A DNA stretch of 64,000 bases, from the IMG/VR virus record IMGVR_UViG_2537561978_000005; one strand, given 5' to 3'. The DNA is from a virus (lineage: Duplodnaviria; Heunggongvirae; Uroviricota; Caudoviricetes). This document shows, piece after piece, positions 44,104 to 52,668 of this stretch. How positions within the stretch are numbered: the stretch's first letter is position 1; each line of letters opens with the position of its first letter. The notes under the pieces were generated by a model. That model made no database searches, had not been told where the DNA came from, and saw only the letters and a list, made by a program, of their open reading frames with translations. Both the position numbers and the translations under genes were made by a program.

Positions 44104-45099
44104 TCAGTTATTGAACGTGATCACTCCGCGCTCAATGGCGAAGTCGAAAAGCTGGTTAGCGGCTACGTAAAGGCGTATGCCATGTGCTTTTTCCCATGCC
44201 CGGACATCGTTTTCTGCGCTTCTGGCGCAGTCATCGCAAAGAGGAACAGTCCAGCGGTCGTGTTCGTTTAACGAGCGGGCGCGGTACATGAATGGGTGAT
44301 TAACCTTGCCGCCGCAGCCTACACACGGGCGAGACACCACAAACCGGAGATAAGCCGGGCTTTTTCCGAGTAAGGTTTTTGGACGGCGCATATATAGGAG
44401 GCCAGAATCTTCATCGACGGACAGATTGACGATCTGCTCTGCGGAAATATCCACCAGCTCGCGGGTACTATGCTCCCAAGTAATATCCGACTCTTTCAGA
44501 GTGCCGGTAGGGATTTCAGTTTTTGGCTGACAAAATGCAATGCGACCAGCTTCATCAGGCAGTTCGTCTTTAAGATTCCGGCGAATGGCCCAAAAGGTGA
44601 GTTCAACCATGCTCAGATCGCGATCTGGCGGAAGTTTTAACTCGCTGGCAGCCCAGTTCATAATCCAGTTGGCGCGATTCAGTGACAGTTGGTCTTCCAG
44701 CTTGCCGTATCCCTTCATCATGTATTCCGCATCATGCTTCCAGCACAGGCGAACGGCAGAACCGTTATAGAAATGGGTGGTTAGCTGGTGGCTGCAATCG
44801 CGCTTATCATGCACCTGGCAATCGTGAATGTTGGTGCTAACCCAGTGAACGAGAGAATCCTCACCACCTAACGCGTTAAATACGCGCTCACTTTGAAAAA
44901 AGGGTGCCAGTGACTGGTTGGCAACCAGTGAATAATTCAGGTCAACGACACCATCAGGGGTGTTTTCAGCCTGTTCACGCGGCAATGGGGATATAAGAAA
45001 ACGGCGTCCTGCGCCGATGTAATTGCTGGTGGGCTTATCTACAGGAAAGACAGCCACACCAGTTTCATTTACGACATATGGGGTGATTATTGCACTCAT
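44104..45099 (-). CDS. Hypothetical protein with C-terminal Cys cluster (CVGCGG...CDDCAR)
   Basis: 331 aa; first gene of the leftward block, operator motifs upstream. Confidence 0.55.
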   Translation of the reverse strand: MSAIITPYVVNETGVAVFPVDKPTSNYIGAGRRFLISPLPREQAENTPDGVVDLNYSLVANQSLAPFFQSERVFNALGGEDSLVHWVSTNIHDCQVHDKRDCSHQLTTHFYNGSAVRLCWKHDAEYMMKGYGKLEDQLSLNRANWIMNWAASELKLPPDRDLSMVELTFWAIRRNLKDELPDEAGRIAFCQPKTEIPTGTLKESDITWEHSTRELVDISAEQIVNLSVDEDSGLLYMRRPKTLLGKSPAYLRFVVSRPCVGCGGKVNHPFMYRARSLNEHDRWTVPLCDDCARSAENDVRAWEKAHGIRLYVAANQLFDFAIERGVITFNN

Positions 45100-45137
45100 A
45101 ATGCATACCGACTCTGTTTTGTTCCGATCGGTAAAAT

Positions 45138-45154
45138 AATATGTTAGAAAACTA
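45138..45154 (+). promoter_or_regulatory. Operator-like motif
   Basis: TGTTAGAAA at 45142-45150, with a second degenerate copy TGTTCTAAC at 45162-45170. Confidence 0.4.
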
Positions 45155-45327
45155 AAATCAATGTTCTAACGTGATTTTGAGTGCGTAAATGATTTGATCA
45201 GACTTTAAGCTGCCCTCCCTTCACCTGCATTAGCGTCAGATTTCCGCTAAAAACCGCGCCCGTGTCTAGTTTCTATAGCCAGAACCATCAATACGGCTAT
45301 ATAAATTCACTTCATGCAGAGCCTGGG

Positions 45328-45639
45328 TCATGCGGCAACCTTCTCACGCAGCCAGATACAAACCGGACCATCTTCAGTGTCATGAATAGAGCCAACAAAC
45401 CAGCCTTCACCCTCTGGTCGCTCCGGTTCCCAGGCGGCAATATCGGGACCAGCTGCGTCCAGATCAAAATCATCTTCATCCATACTGCGAATAGTCCACT
45501 GAAGATTATTTTCCTTCATCCAGGCGTCAAATTCCTCAGTGGAAATATATTCACGACCTGCGCAAAACTTCTCATACTCCGGATGTGTCCAGCAGCCATA
45601 TTCATCACGTTCTACCGGCATTTCTTTAATTGTGTTCAC
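45328..45639 (-). CDS. Hypothetical acidic protein
   Basis: 103 aa. Confidence 0.45.
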   Translation of the reverse strand: MNTIKEMPVERDEYGCWTHPEYEKFCAGREYISTEEFDAWMKENNLQWTIRSMDEDDFDLDAAGPDIAAWEPERPEGEGWFVGSIHDTEDGPVCIWLREKVAA

Positions 45640-45860
45640 TCTTCATCCTCCAAATCAGCAACCGCGTCCATCACATCAGAACCGCGAATAACTTCAAAAG
45701 CGCGGCAGGCCATTTGAAATACCCGTTGCTCTTGCGGGTGCGGAGACTCCCAATATTTGAAGCCTGGGCGATGCGTGTACCCCATCATGGAATAAAAATC
45801 GCCAGCAAGTTCAATCGCGGCATCAACAAGTTCGCGATTTGTCATCGTCTGTTCTGTCAT
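45636..45860 (-). CDS. Hypothetical small protein
   Basis: 74 aa, coupled to neighbours. Confidence 0.4.
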   Translation of the reverse strand: MTEQTMTNRELVDAAIELAGDFYSMMGYTHRPGFKYWESPHPQEQRVFQMACRAFEVIRGSDVMDAVADLEDEE

Positions 45861-46132
45861 TTGGTTTTCTCCTGTCTGAACATCACTATCATCAGGTCGC
45901 CTTTTGTCGCTATTCTGGCTGTTGTGCCTGGTTCAATGCGGCTAAGTTCAAATGCGTCATAGAACGCTTCTAATGCCTTCTGGCGTAGTTCCTGTTTGCG
46001 CCGTTTTTTCCACTCTTTTAGGAAAATGGAACCCAGCCATCGCCAGGTACGGGACATGATGTAAAGCCAACCAAGAAGTGCCAGACCGGTATTTAGGGCC
46101 GTATCGAGCGTTATCGTGGTGTCGATATTCAC
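45857..46132 (-). CDS. Hypothetical small membrane protein
   Basis: 91 aa, TM helix LNTGLALLGWLYIM. Confidence 0.4.
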   Translation of the reverse strand: MNIDTTITLDTALNTGLALLGWLYIMSRTWRWLGSIFLKEWKKRRKQELRQKALEAFYDAFELSRIEPGTTARIATKGDLMIVMFRQEKTK

Positions 46133-46377
46133 TGTGGTGGTTCCTGCTTTTCTGCCTTCAATACCATGCGAGAACCATCATCCAGCTCCCAATTAATTTC
46201 ACCGCCTTCTGCCATGACCAGATGCCAGACGAGTTGAGCGGCCTCGTTGGTTACATCACGACCGCGATCATTGCCAACACGACGTTTTGTTCCATCCCCT
46301 AAGTCACGCATTTTTGCCAACACGATGGTTTTTGATAGCGGTGAAAAACCAAGCTGTAGTCGTGCGGTATTACTCAC
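46129..46377 (-). CDS. Hypothetical small protein
   Basis: 82 aa. Confidence 0.4.
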   Translation of the reverse strand: MSNTARLQLGFSPLSKTIVLAKMRDLGDGTKRRVGNDRGRDVTNEAAQLVWHLVMAEGGEINWELDDGSRMVLKAEKQEPPQ

Positions 46378-46380
46378 TGT

Positions 46381-46884
46381 TTACCTTCCTTTTCTAAGCT
46401 GTTCGGCGATATCTTCGAGAACGCCATCAGAGAATGAGCGGTCAAAATCGCCTTCCCGCGCATTAGCCATAAACTCAGTAGAGGTAAGAATCATCCGGGC
46501 AATATCCGCGGCGTTCTTCGCAGTATCATCAATAAAACCAGCTTCCCAAGCAGCCAGCATCCTGTTCGCCACAAAGTAAGCGCCCTCCTTGCGTGCTTCA
46601 GTCTTCACTTCATCCAGGAAAGTGTCGGTCGCAGGAGTGGTTTTTTGTGGTGATAGGGCGAGACGAATTGTTTCGAGAGCTGGATCTATTTCCACTGTTG
46701 GCACCTTGATAAAGCCAAGCTGCACGCCATTCATAATGAACGTGCGGCGATCCTCACATATCGCATTCAGTCTCGCATTCTCCGCCGCCAGCGCAGCACA
46801 CGCTTTCTCAAGTCGGGAAATTTCCGTTACATACTCAGCGTTACGCTCTGCCAGTTGTGCTGGCGTTAAACCTTCAGACTTCAT
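46381..46884 (-). CDS. Ea22-like paralogue
   Basis: Shares ALAAENARLNA-type coiled coil and C-terminal region with 42450..43172. Confidence 0.45.
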   Translation of the reverse strand: MKSEGLTPAQLAERNAEYVTEISRLEKACAALAAENARLNAICEDRRTFIMNGVQLGFIKVPTVEIDPALETIRLALSPQKTTPATDTFLDEVKTEARKEGAYFVANRMLAAWEAGFIDDTAKNAADIARMILTSTEFMANAREGDFDRSFSDGVLEDIAEQLRKGR

Positions 46885-47191
46885 GTACTCTCCTTTCGAA
46901 ATAAACGTACTGATTAATCATGCCCAGGGGCATTTCGAGTTTTTCCGCGATCTCACGGCGGGGAACACCACACTGATGAAGCTGCCGCGCCAGTTCTATA
47001 TCGCTCTGCCGGAATTTGGCTGACGGATGAAAGTCTCCTTTCAGAATCATGCTGATCCCCAACTCCCGCGCTTTAGTCCTGACGGCATCACCGGTACGAC
47101 CGATCAGCTTCCCAATACTCTCGACCGTCATAGTTCCGGCGCACTGGCGGAGTATCATGATTTCTGCCCTTCCCCATCCCCGCCAGCTCAC
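46874..47191 (-). CDS. Hypothetical HTH-containing small protein
   Basis: 105 aa. Confidence 0.4.
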   Translation of the reverse strand: MSWRGWGRAEIMILRQCAGTMTVESIGKLIGRTGDAVRTKARELGISMILKGDFHPSAKFRQSDIELARQLHQCGVPRREIAEKLEMPLGMINQYVYFERRVHEV

Positions 47192-47799
47192 GCAGAACTC
47201 CTTCTAACCAAAAGAACGCCATCTTCAGAAACAACGTTGCAGGACTTCAGGTAATTCATTGCCTCTTTCGGTAATGGATTCTTTGGATCGGCGTTTGCCA
47301 GGGATTTCGATAACCTCATGATAAATTTGATCATTACCTTCTGGCGGAGCTTGTGCTCATGAGATAAAGACAGGTAATAGGAAATGGTATGGGCTAAACG
47401 CTCACGAAGCTGTTCTGTGCCGTGATATACAGCAGCGATATCACGCAGTGCATTGACCAGTTCCCGGTAAATATGCGGAGCAACCTGGCATTCAATGTTG
47501 GTTGGTGACTCATAAATTACAGTCAGCCCCAGCTTTTCAGCCAGCGCGTGCTCTGCGCGAGCACCAACCGATTCTTCCCATCGATTGAGCAAGTAGATCG
47601 CATCAGCAGAACGCACCATTGCCAGGCAAATATCCATGTATTCACTCTGACAAAGGCCACCAGGTAACATAGCTGGATTCAGAACGATATGCCCTTCAGC
47701 CATCAACTCGCTCGCTTTCGCATTAAACGCCGCACGGTTGTAATCTGGATAACCAGTCATCGGCCCCGCGATGTAAATTTTCAAAACACGTTTCACCAT
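47188..47799 (-). CDS. Nucleoside 2-deoxyribosyltransferase-fold protein (DUF4406-like)
   Basis: N-terminal KIYIAGPMTGYPDYNRAAF...GHIVLNPA motif; start set to MVKRVLK ATG overlapping the stop of the upstream small ORF (TGATG) rather than track start 47826. Confidence 0.35.
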   Translation of the reverse strand: MVKRVLKIYIAGPMTGYPDYNRAAFNAKASELMAEGHIVLNPAMLPGGLCQSEYMDICLAMVRSADAIYLLNRWEESVGARAEHALAEKLGLTVIYESPTNIECQVAPHIYRELVNALRDIAAVYHGTEQLRERLAHTISYYLSLSHEHKLRQKVMIKFIMRLSKSLANADPKNPLPKEAMNYLKSCNVVSEDGVLLVRRSSA

Positions 47800-47951
47800 C
47801 AAAATTTCCCCAGAATCGTGACGCAAAACATAAGCACTGCGAAAAGCTCAATACCAAGCTCAAGTAGCGCCAACGCCCCGAAAAACAACACATAGAACAG
47901 GCCAATCTCATTCACAGATGGCTGGTGGATCGCACTTAAAGCTATAAGCAT
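47799..47951 (-). CDS. Small hydrophobic peptide (50 aa), hypothetical
   Basis: GGAGGA SD then ATG; MLIALSAIHQPSVNEIGLFYVLFFGALALLELGIELFAVLMFCVTILGKF; below track cutoff. Confidence 0.35.
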   Translation of the reverse strand: MLIALSAIHQPSVNEIGLFYVLFFGALALLELGIELFAVLMFCVTILGKF

Positions 47952-47989
47952 CATGTCCTCCAAACAGTTATCAGGAATGATATTAATGT

Positions 47990-48006
47990 TTTGTGTTAGA
48001 AAATCA
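47990..48006 (+). promoter_or_regulatory. Operator-like motif in divergent promoter region
   Basis: TGTTAGAAA at 47994-48002. Confidence 0.4.
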
Positions 48007-48071
48007 ATTTTGAATATCTAACCATTTTGATCAATCATAGAAAAATCGTTGAAAAGTAAGAGACTGCCATC

Positions 48072-48650
48072 ATGCAGAAACAGAGTTATTGGGAGAAACA
48101 GAGACAAAAAGCCATGCAAAAATTGGCTGACCCGGCCTGGCGAGAGGAACAAAGGGCAAAGCGCCTTCAACAAGCTCAACGCCAGCAGCAGCGAGCGAGA
48201 GAAAAAGCCGCATCGCCTGAATATCGGCAAAAGAAAATTGAAAAAGCAAAGCAATATGAACAGCGGAGAAAAGATAAAGCTGTATCCGCTCCGTCCAAAA
48301 AAACACGCACGTCACGCGGCCTGAAAGGCAGATCACTCACAGCCGATGAACGCCGGATACAGACCGCTATCGGTGCTCTCCCCTGCATTGCCTGCCATAT
48401 TCACGGGCAACATAGCCCAGTGGTATCCCTGCACCATATCTTCGGGAGAACGGCAGAGAACGCGCATAAATATGTCCTCCCTTTGTGTAAATGGCACCAC
48501 CAGTACGCAGCGCCAGCCGAGGTCAGAGAACAATATCCCTGGCTGGTCCCTGTTCATGCTGACGGAAAAATAGGCGGAAAAGCAGATTTCATGCGGCACA
48601 ATGCCGATGAAATGACGTTGTATCAGATGGCGATTGAGTTGATAAATTAG
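48072..48650 (+). CDS. HNH-type nuclease-like protein (Ref-like)
   Basis: 192 aa, basic N-terminus then CIACHIHGQH...HHIFGRTAENAHKYVLPLCKWHH His/Cys cluster. Confidence 0.4.
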   Translation: MQKQSYWEKQRQKAMQKLADPAWREEQRAKRLQQAQRQQQRAREKAASPEYRQKKIEKAKQYEQRRKDKAVSAPSKKTRTSRGLKGRSLTADERRIQTAIGALPCIACHIHGQHSPVVSLHHIFGRTAENAHKYVLPLCKWHHQYAAPAEVREQYPWLVPVHADGKIGGKADFMRHNADEMTLYQMAIELIN

Positions 48651-48664
48651 TTTTCTAACATTTT
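48648..48664 (-). promoter_or_regulatory. Operator-like motif
   Basis: TTTCTAACA at 48652-48660. Confidence 0.4.
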
Positions 48665-48981
48665 AAGTTGAATTGAAAAACTCTCCGATGTACATTCACT
48701 ACCGATTGGCACACCGGTCAACTTTTTGAGACAAACTGTTTAGTTTTTCGTATTATTGCCTCCGCCATACCTATGGCGGTGCAATATAGGTGGCTGAAAA
48801 GCCCCCGTTGACTCACGGTGTTCCAGCCTTTATTGCGCCGCCACCAGACCGTGGAACAGTCGATGGCGGCTCCGAAAGCAAGGAGTCACAACACTATGAA
48901 CAACTACAGTCTTTTCCCATCACTCGTCTTCCACCACTCACGCGATAATCTGCATTCTTTACTCGCGCTGGAGGTGTCAAA

Positions 48982-49149
48982 ATGACGGTTCGCTACCTCA
49001 ACTTTCAAATCAAGAACATTACTGGCGGTTGCTATGACTGGTTTGTCACTCTCGGAAAAGAAGTGATCACCGGGAAGCTGGATGAAGTGAAAGCTAAAGC
49101 AATGGCCTACGCCTGCAAGCAAGCCCGGAAGAAATCCGCCAAAGCATAA
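48982..49149 (+). CDS. Small basic protein (55 aa), hypothetical
   Basis: ATG 7 nt after GGAGGTG; followed by a strong terminator; below track cutoff. Confidence 0.4.
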   Translation: MTVRYLNFQIKNITGGCYDWFVTLGKEVITGKLDEVKAKAMAYACKQARKKSAKA

Positions 49150-49253
49150 AATACTGACTGTTGCGCCCTGGCATTATCGTGGGGTATATTTCTACGGCAC
49201 CTTAGAAAAACGGGTGCCGGGATTGAGACCCCGGATAATGCAAAAGGCGACAC

Positions 49254-49276
49254 AGACGCCGAAAGCGTCTTTTTTT
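49254..49276 (+). terminator. Rho-independent terminator
   Basis: AGACGC-cgaaa-GCGTCT followed by TTTTTT. Confidence 0.65.
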
Positions 49277-49324
49277 GTGTCATGCCATCGCACAGCCATA
49301 CGTAGCGTATAGCTCCAAGATCAA

Positions 49325-49400
49325 TGGTAGTGCTGGCTGGGCTGCCGAAAGGCAGGCCGGTTCCCTTTTGCGCCGGTAGTCTCAACCCAGCCAGTGCTAC
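49325..49400 (+). ncRNA. Candidate c4-like antisense regulatory RNA (second specificity)
   Basis: Perfect 16-bp inverted repeat GGTAGTGCTGGCTGGG / CCCAGCCAGTGCTACC enclosing CTGCC-GAAA-GGCAG hairpin; CCCTTTTGC (49362-49370) is complementary to GCAAAAGG (49442-49449) at the SD of the downstream icd-like gene. Confidence 0.35.
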
Positions 49401-49461
49401 CGCCATTGAGATTGAGACCTCACGCGGTAGCTCCTTAAATTAGCAAAAGGAGGCTGCCAAT

Positions 49462-49677
49462 ATGGCTACTATCCCTACCCCAACTCATTCTGAATTTATC
49501 TGGCGTTTCTATTCCTGCCAAAAGCACCTGTATATCTGCGTCATGGCTGCTACCGAATCAGAGGCGCGCTCATACCTTCCCGAAGAACCCTGCATTTTTG
49601 CTGCTCGCTTCACTCTTGATGCGATGGAGATCCTCAATTACTGGAATCTGCCGATGAACTGCGTGGAGGTGCGCTGA
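49462..49677 (+). CDS. Icd-like small protein (second copy)
   Basis: 71 aa; AAAGGAGG RBS; paralogue of 10714..10938. Confidence 0.5.
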   Translation: MATIPTPTHSEFIWRFYSCQKHLYICVMAATESEARSYLPEEPCIFAARFTLDAMEILNYWNLPMNCVEVR

Positions 49678-50618
49678 TGAATCTGTCCATCTCTCAAAAA
49701 GCGACAATGACCAGCATTGAGATCGCGGAGCTGGTAGGAAGTCGCCCAGATAGTGTGAAGAGAACTATCGAAACACTGGCTAAAAAGAGTGTGATCCAAT
49801 TTCCACAATCTGTGGAAATTGAAAATAAACAATCAGTTGGCCCTCGTCGATTTTCCAAGGCTTACATCTTTGAAGGCGAACAAGGAAAACGAGACAGCAT
49901 CATTGTCGTCGCGCAGCTCTCTCCGGAATTCACCGCCCGGCTGGTGGACCGCTGGCGCGAACTGGAGAATGCCCGGGTACAGTTAAAATCAAAAGCCGAA
50001 ATCCTGGCTGAAATGGCGCAAATGCATCTTGAGCATGAACGCCGGATCAACGCCGTAAATGCCCAGGTAGCCGAGGTATCAGCACAAGTATCGATGGTCG
50101 CTGAAACCGTCGAGCAAATAAAGAAAGGCAATATTCCGGAAGGCTACATTGGCTACCGCCAGTTGGCGGCGAAATGTGGCCTGACTGAAGCCAAATGTCG
50201 CAACCTGGTTAACGCTTACCGGATTCCCACCGATACGCATGAGTTTTTAACTCCAGATGGTTTGCTTGCGCGACGCTCCATTGTGGCCCTGGCCCCCTTC
50301 CGGAAAGCCTTTAAGCAGGTGATGTCAGAGGCAGAACCACGCAATAAACGCTGGTATCATCCAAAGATGGGGATGTTTCAGGCAATCCACCATCCTGTGC
50401 CTGAAAGTCCAAAGGCAAACCTGTCGTTGCATACCGCCAGAGAGAGGATTAAAACAGGCTATGCAATCGTATGCCGTCGAGCATCCTGGCCTGAAGGTGT
50501 ATGGGTGTGGCCCGAAGGTGGATCACGAAAGCACTGGCGCACTATCCGGGATGGGAAAATCCATGCGATTGATTTAGCTCCAGAGGATGTTGTTGCTACG
50601 GACTGGATTGTTAGTTAA
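49677..50618 (+). CDS. Rha-family antirepressor (Ant-like), intact
   Basis: 313 aa; MTSIEIAELVGSRPDSVKRTIETL pRha motif; start overlaps icd stop. Confidence 0.65.
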   Translation: MNLSISQKATMTSIEIAELVGSRPDSVKRTIETLAKKSVIQFPQSVEIENKQSVGPRRFSKAYIFEGEQGKRDSIIVVAQLSPEFTARLVDRWRELENARVQLKSKAEILAEMAQMHLEHERRINAVNAQVAEVSAQVSMVAETVEQIKKGNIPEGYIGYRQLAAKCGLTEAKCRNLVNAYRIPTDTHEFLTPDGLLARRSIVALAPFRKAFKQVMSEAEPRNKRWYHPKMGMFQAIHHPVPESPKANLSLHTARERIKTGYAIVCRRASWPEGVWVWPEGGSRKHWRTIRDGKIHAIDLAPEDVVATDWIVS

Positions 50619-50626
50619 TTACTGTT

Positions 50627-50648
50627 GCCCCGGCCTGTCCGGGGCTTT
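50627..50648 (+). terminator. Terminator-like hairpin
   Basis: GCCCCGG-cctgt-CCGGGGC followed by TTT. Confidence 0.45.
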
Positions 50649-50677
50649 AACTACTAAATAACCGGATTCTCCGCACG

Positions 50678-50965
50678 ATGAAGAAAATAGATTTCACTTA
50701 CTCTGCTGCCACAATCCAGCGACGTTTCAGTCTCATAAGGGAAGTGGAACTATCAAAAAACTGCTATCAAATTCTACTGGATGAAGAGTTTTCACTGATG
50801 GTTATAGCAGAAAAATTGGCTATGCCGAATGACCGACACAAGGTCATAGCCAGCCTCGATCTGGTGACAAACAGATACTGGGAGACAGAGGAACTACATG
50901 AAGCGGGAGTAATTCGTGGCCTGATGGAGAATTCCGTTCCCCGTCGTTATAGTGTGATGAGCTAA
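50678..50965 (+). CDS. Hypothetical protein
   Basis: 95 aa ORF, weak RBS. Confidence 0.4.
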   Translation: MKKIDFTYSAATIQRRFSLIREVELSKNCYQILLDEEFSLMVIAEKLAMPNDRHKVIASLDLVTNRYWETEELHEAGVIRGLMENSVPRRYSVMS

Positions 50966-51111
50966 AACTCACCTGCACACCGTCAGGCCCAACGCAAATA
51001 AATGAAACATCCCGCTCTTGGTGTTTCAGTGAAATAGCTCATTTTTAGCTTGGAAGCAACTTGATTATGAGCTAAGCCTGACATACACTTCAGCGAGAAA
51101 ATGATCAAGTT

Positions 51112-51153
51112 AAAGACACAAAAGCTCTGTTTTAACAGAGCTTTTGTGTCTTT
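51112..51153. repeat. Perfect 18-bp-arm palindrome (hairpin) at cargo boundary
   Basis: AAAGACACAAAAGCTCTG-ttttaa-CAGAGCTTTTGTGTCTTT. Confidence 0.8.
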
Positions 51154-51289
51154 AAAACATAGATATCATGCCATATATAGTGCCAAAATTAGTTTTAGAC
51201 ACTATATATATTATAAAGGTAAAAACCGCTTCTACTTTTAACATCCACAGAAAAAGAAAGCGGTTATAGATAAGGGAAAAGGAGGGGTT

Positions 51290-51595
51290 ATGCTCTATGC
51301 GGTTCCTCAGCAAGCTTCTGATTCTTTGAAGTTAATCAAGACTGTACTTCAGCTTATAGCATCTCAACAAGAAGTGTCACAGCAGTTAAAGTTACGGGTT
51401 TATGAGGTGATCAGAGAAGCCTCAAACTTAAGTGTAGATAAAGGTGATCAATTACAGATTCCTTCTCACAGAGAGTCCATCTCGCTCGCGGTAGAGATAC
51501 GCCACACTAAGGCGCTCGCCCAGGTGCTAACCAAAGTAACTAGCGAAGATATGTTAGAACCCGTAATGGCCCGGAATGTATTAGAGTACATTTAA
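51290..51595 (+). CDS. Hypothetical small protein, first gene of AT-rich operon
   Basis: 101 aa, strong RBS AAGGAGGGG; stop overlaps next start (TAATG). Confidence 0.6.
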   Translation: MLYAVPQQASDSLKLIKTVLQLIASQQEVSQQLKLRVYEVIREASNLSVDKGDQLQIPSHRESISLAVEIRHTKALAQVLTKVTSEDMLEPVMARNVLEYI

Positions 51596-52668
51596 TGCTT
51601 GCATTTACACAACTTACATTAGTTCGAAATAAGCTAAGGGAGATATCAGAATCTCCCTATTTTTCTAAAGACATGCATGAATATCTTGCTGTTCTACAAG
51701 AAGCGGTAGATAAGCTCTATGAAAACCATGTGAATGTTGCTGATAAAATAATTGCGGATTGTACTTTTTTTATCACCGATGCAGTTAATTTTTTCACTGG
51801 CAGTACTACAAAGAAAATTCCCTACGAGATTGTTTATTGCTTAAATGATGCCTGTAAAAAATGGATAAGTGAAAAAACACTTATAACCACAGCCCTATCT
51901 CCAGATATGCATGGGTTTTATTTTAAGTCTGTAAACAAGAATTTGTATTCTTTATTTGATGAAGTTTTAAATGTCAAATTCGAGGTCGAATTAATTCAGA
52001 TTTCATTACCTGAAATGTACAGAAGACGACCATTATGCTCTATACCTTTATATCACGAATTGGGACATTTCGTTGATATTAGCAAAGGTATTTCTGAGCT
52101 TGCCTGTCTTAACTATCGTTCCAAGGACAAAGGCACACTTCCAGGACCAGAATGGAGTAATCTACCTGATGTTATTTGGATAAATCATTGCAGAGAATAT
52201 TTTGCAGATCTATTTAGTGCCCAATTTATTGGAAAAAGTGGGGTAGATTTCTTATACAAATTAGCTGGCTCTCATCCTGCAAGCTATACTCACCCATCCA
52301 CAGAAGATAGAGTTAAAATTGTAAGCGACTTTTTGAACAAAGTGGAAAATCCAGTTGTTGGCATGTTCAATGCTGTGATATCAGCCTTACATAAGGGTGG
52401 GCAGATTATTTCTCCTTGTTTGACATTGCCGACACCTTTGCTTGATGTGAAATCAGCTTTTGATAATGTGCGTCCTTTTGTTATTCGCGACCACAATGAA
52501 ATGCATGCTTTTATTAACAGCAGCTGGCAGTACTTATGCTCTGAATGGGAAAAACCTACGGGTATATGGTCTGGGTTGTCAAAAGAAGCCATAGAAAAAA
52601 CTATAAATGATTTGGTTGAAAAATCGATTCGAAACGTAATGATTCTTGAAAAATGGAGTGCACAATGA
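51595..52668 (+). CDS. ImmA/IrrE-like (M78-type) HExxH zinc-metallopeptidase-domain protein
   Basis: 357 aa; PLYHELGHFVD followed about 40 residues later by HCREYFADLFSAQF, matching the HExxH...E..FA..LL arrangement of M78 peptidases; about 35% GC. Confidence 0.5.
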   Translation: MLAFTQLTLVRNKLREISESPYFSKDMHEYLAVLQEAVDKLYENHVNVADKIIADCTFFITDAVNFFTGSTTKKIPYEIVYCLNDACKKWISEKTLITTALSPDMHGFYFKSVNKNLYSLFDEVLNVKFEVELIQISLPEMYRRRPLCSIPLYHELGHFVDISKGISELACLNYRSKDKGTLPGPEWSNLPDVIWINHCREYFADLFSAQFIGKSGVDFLYKLAGSHPASYTHPSTEDRVKIVSDFLNKVENPVVGMFNAVISALHKGGQIISPCLTLPTPLLDVKSAFDNVRPFVIRDHNEMHAFINSSWQYLCSEWEKPTGIWSGLSKEAIEKTINDLVEKSIRNVMILEKWSAQ

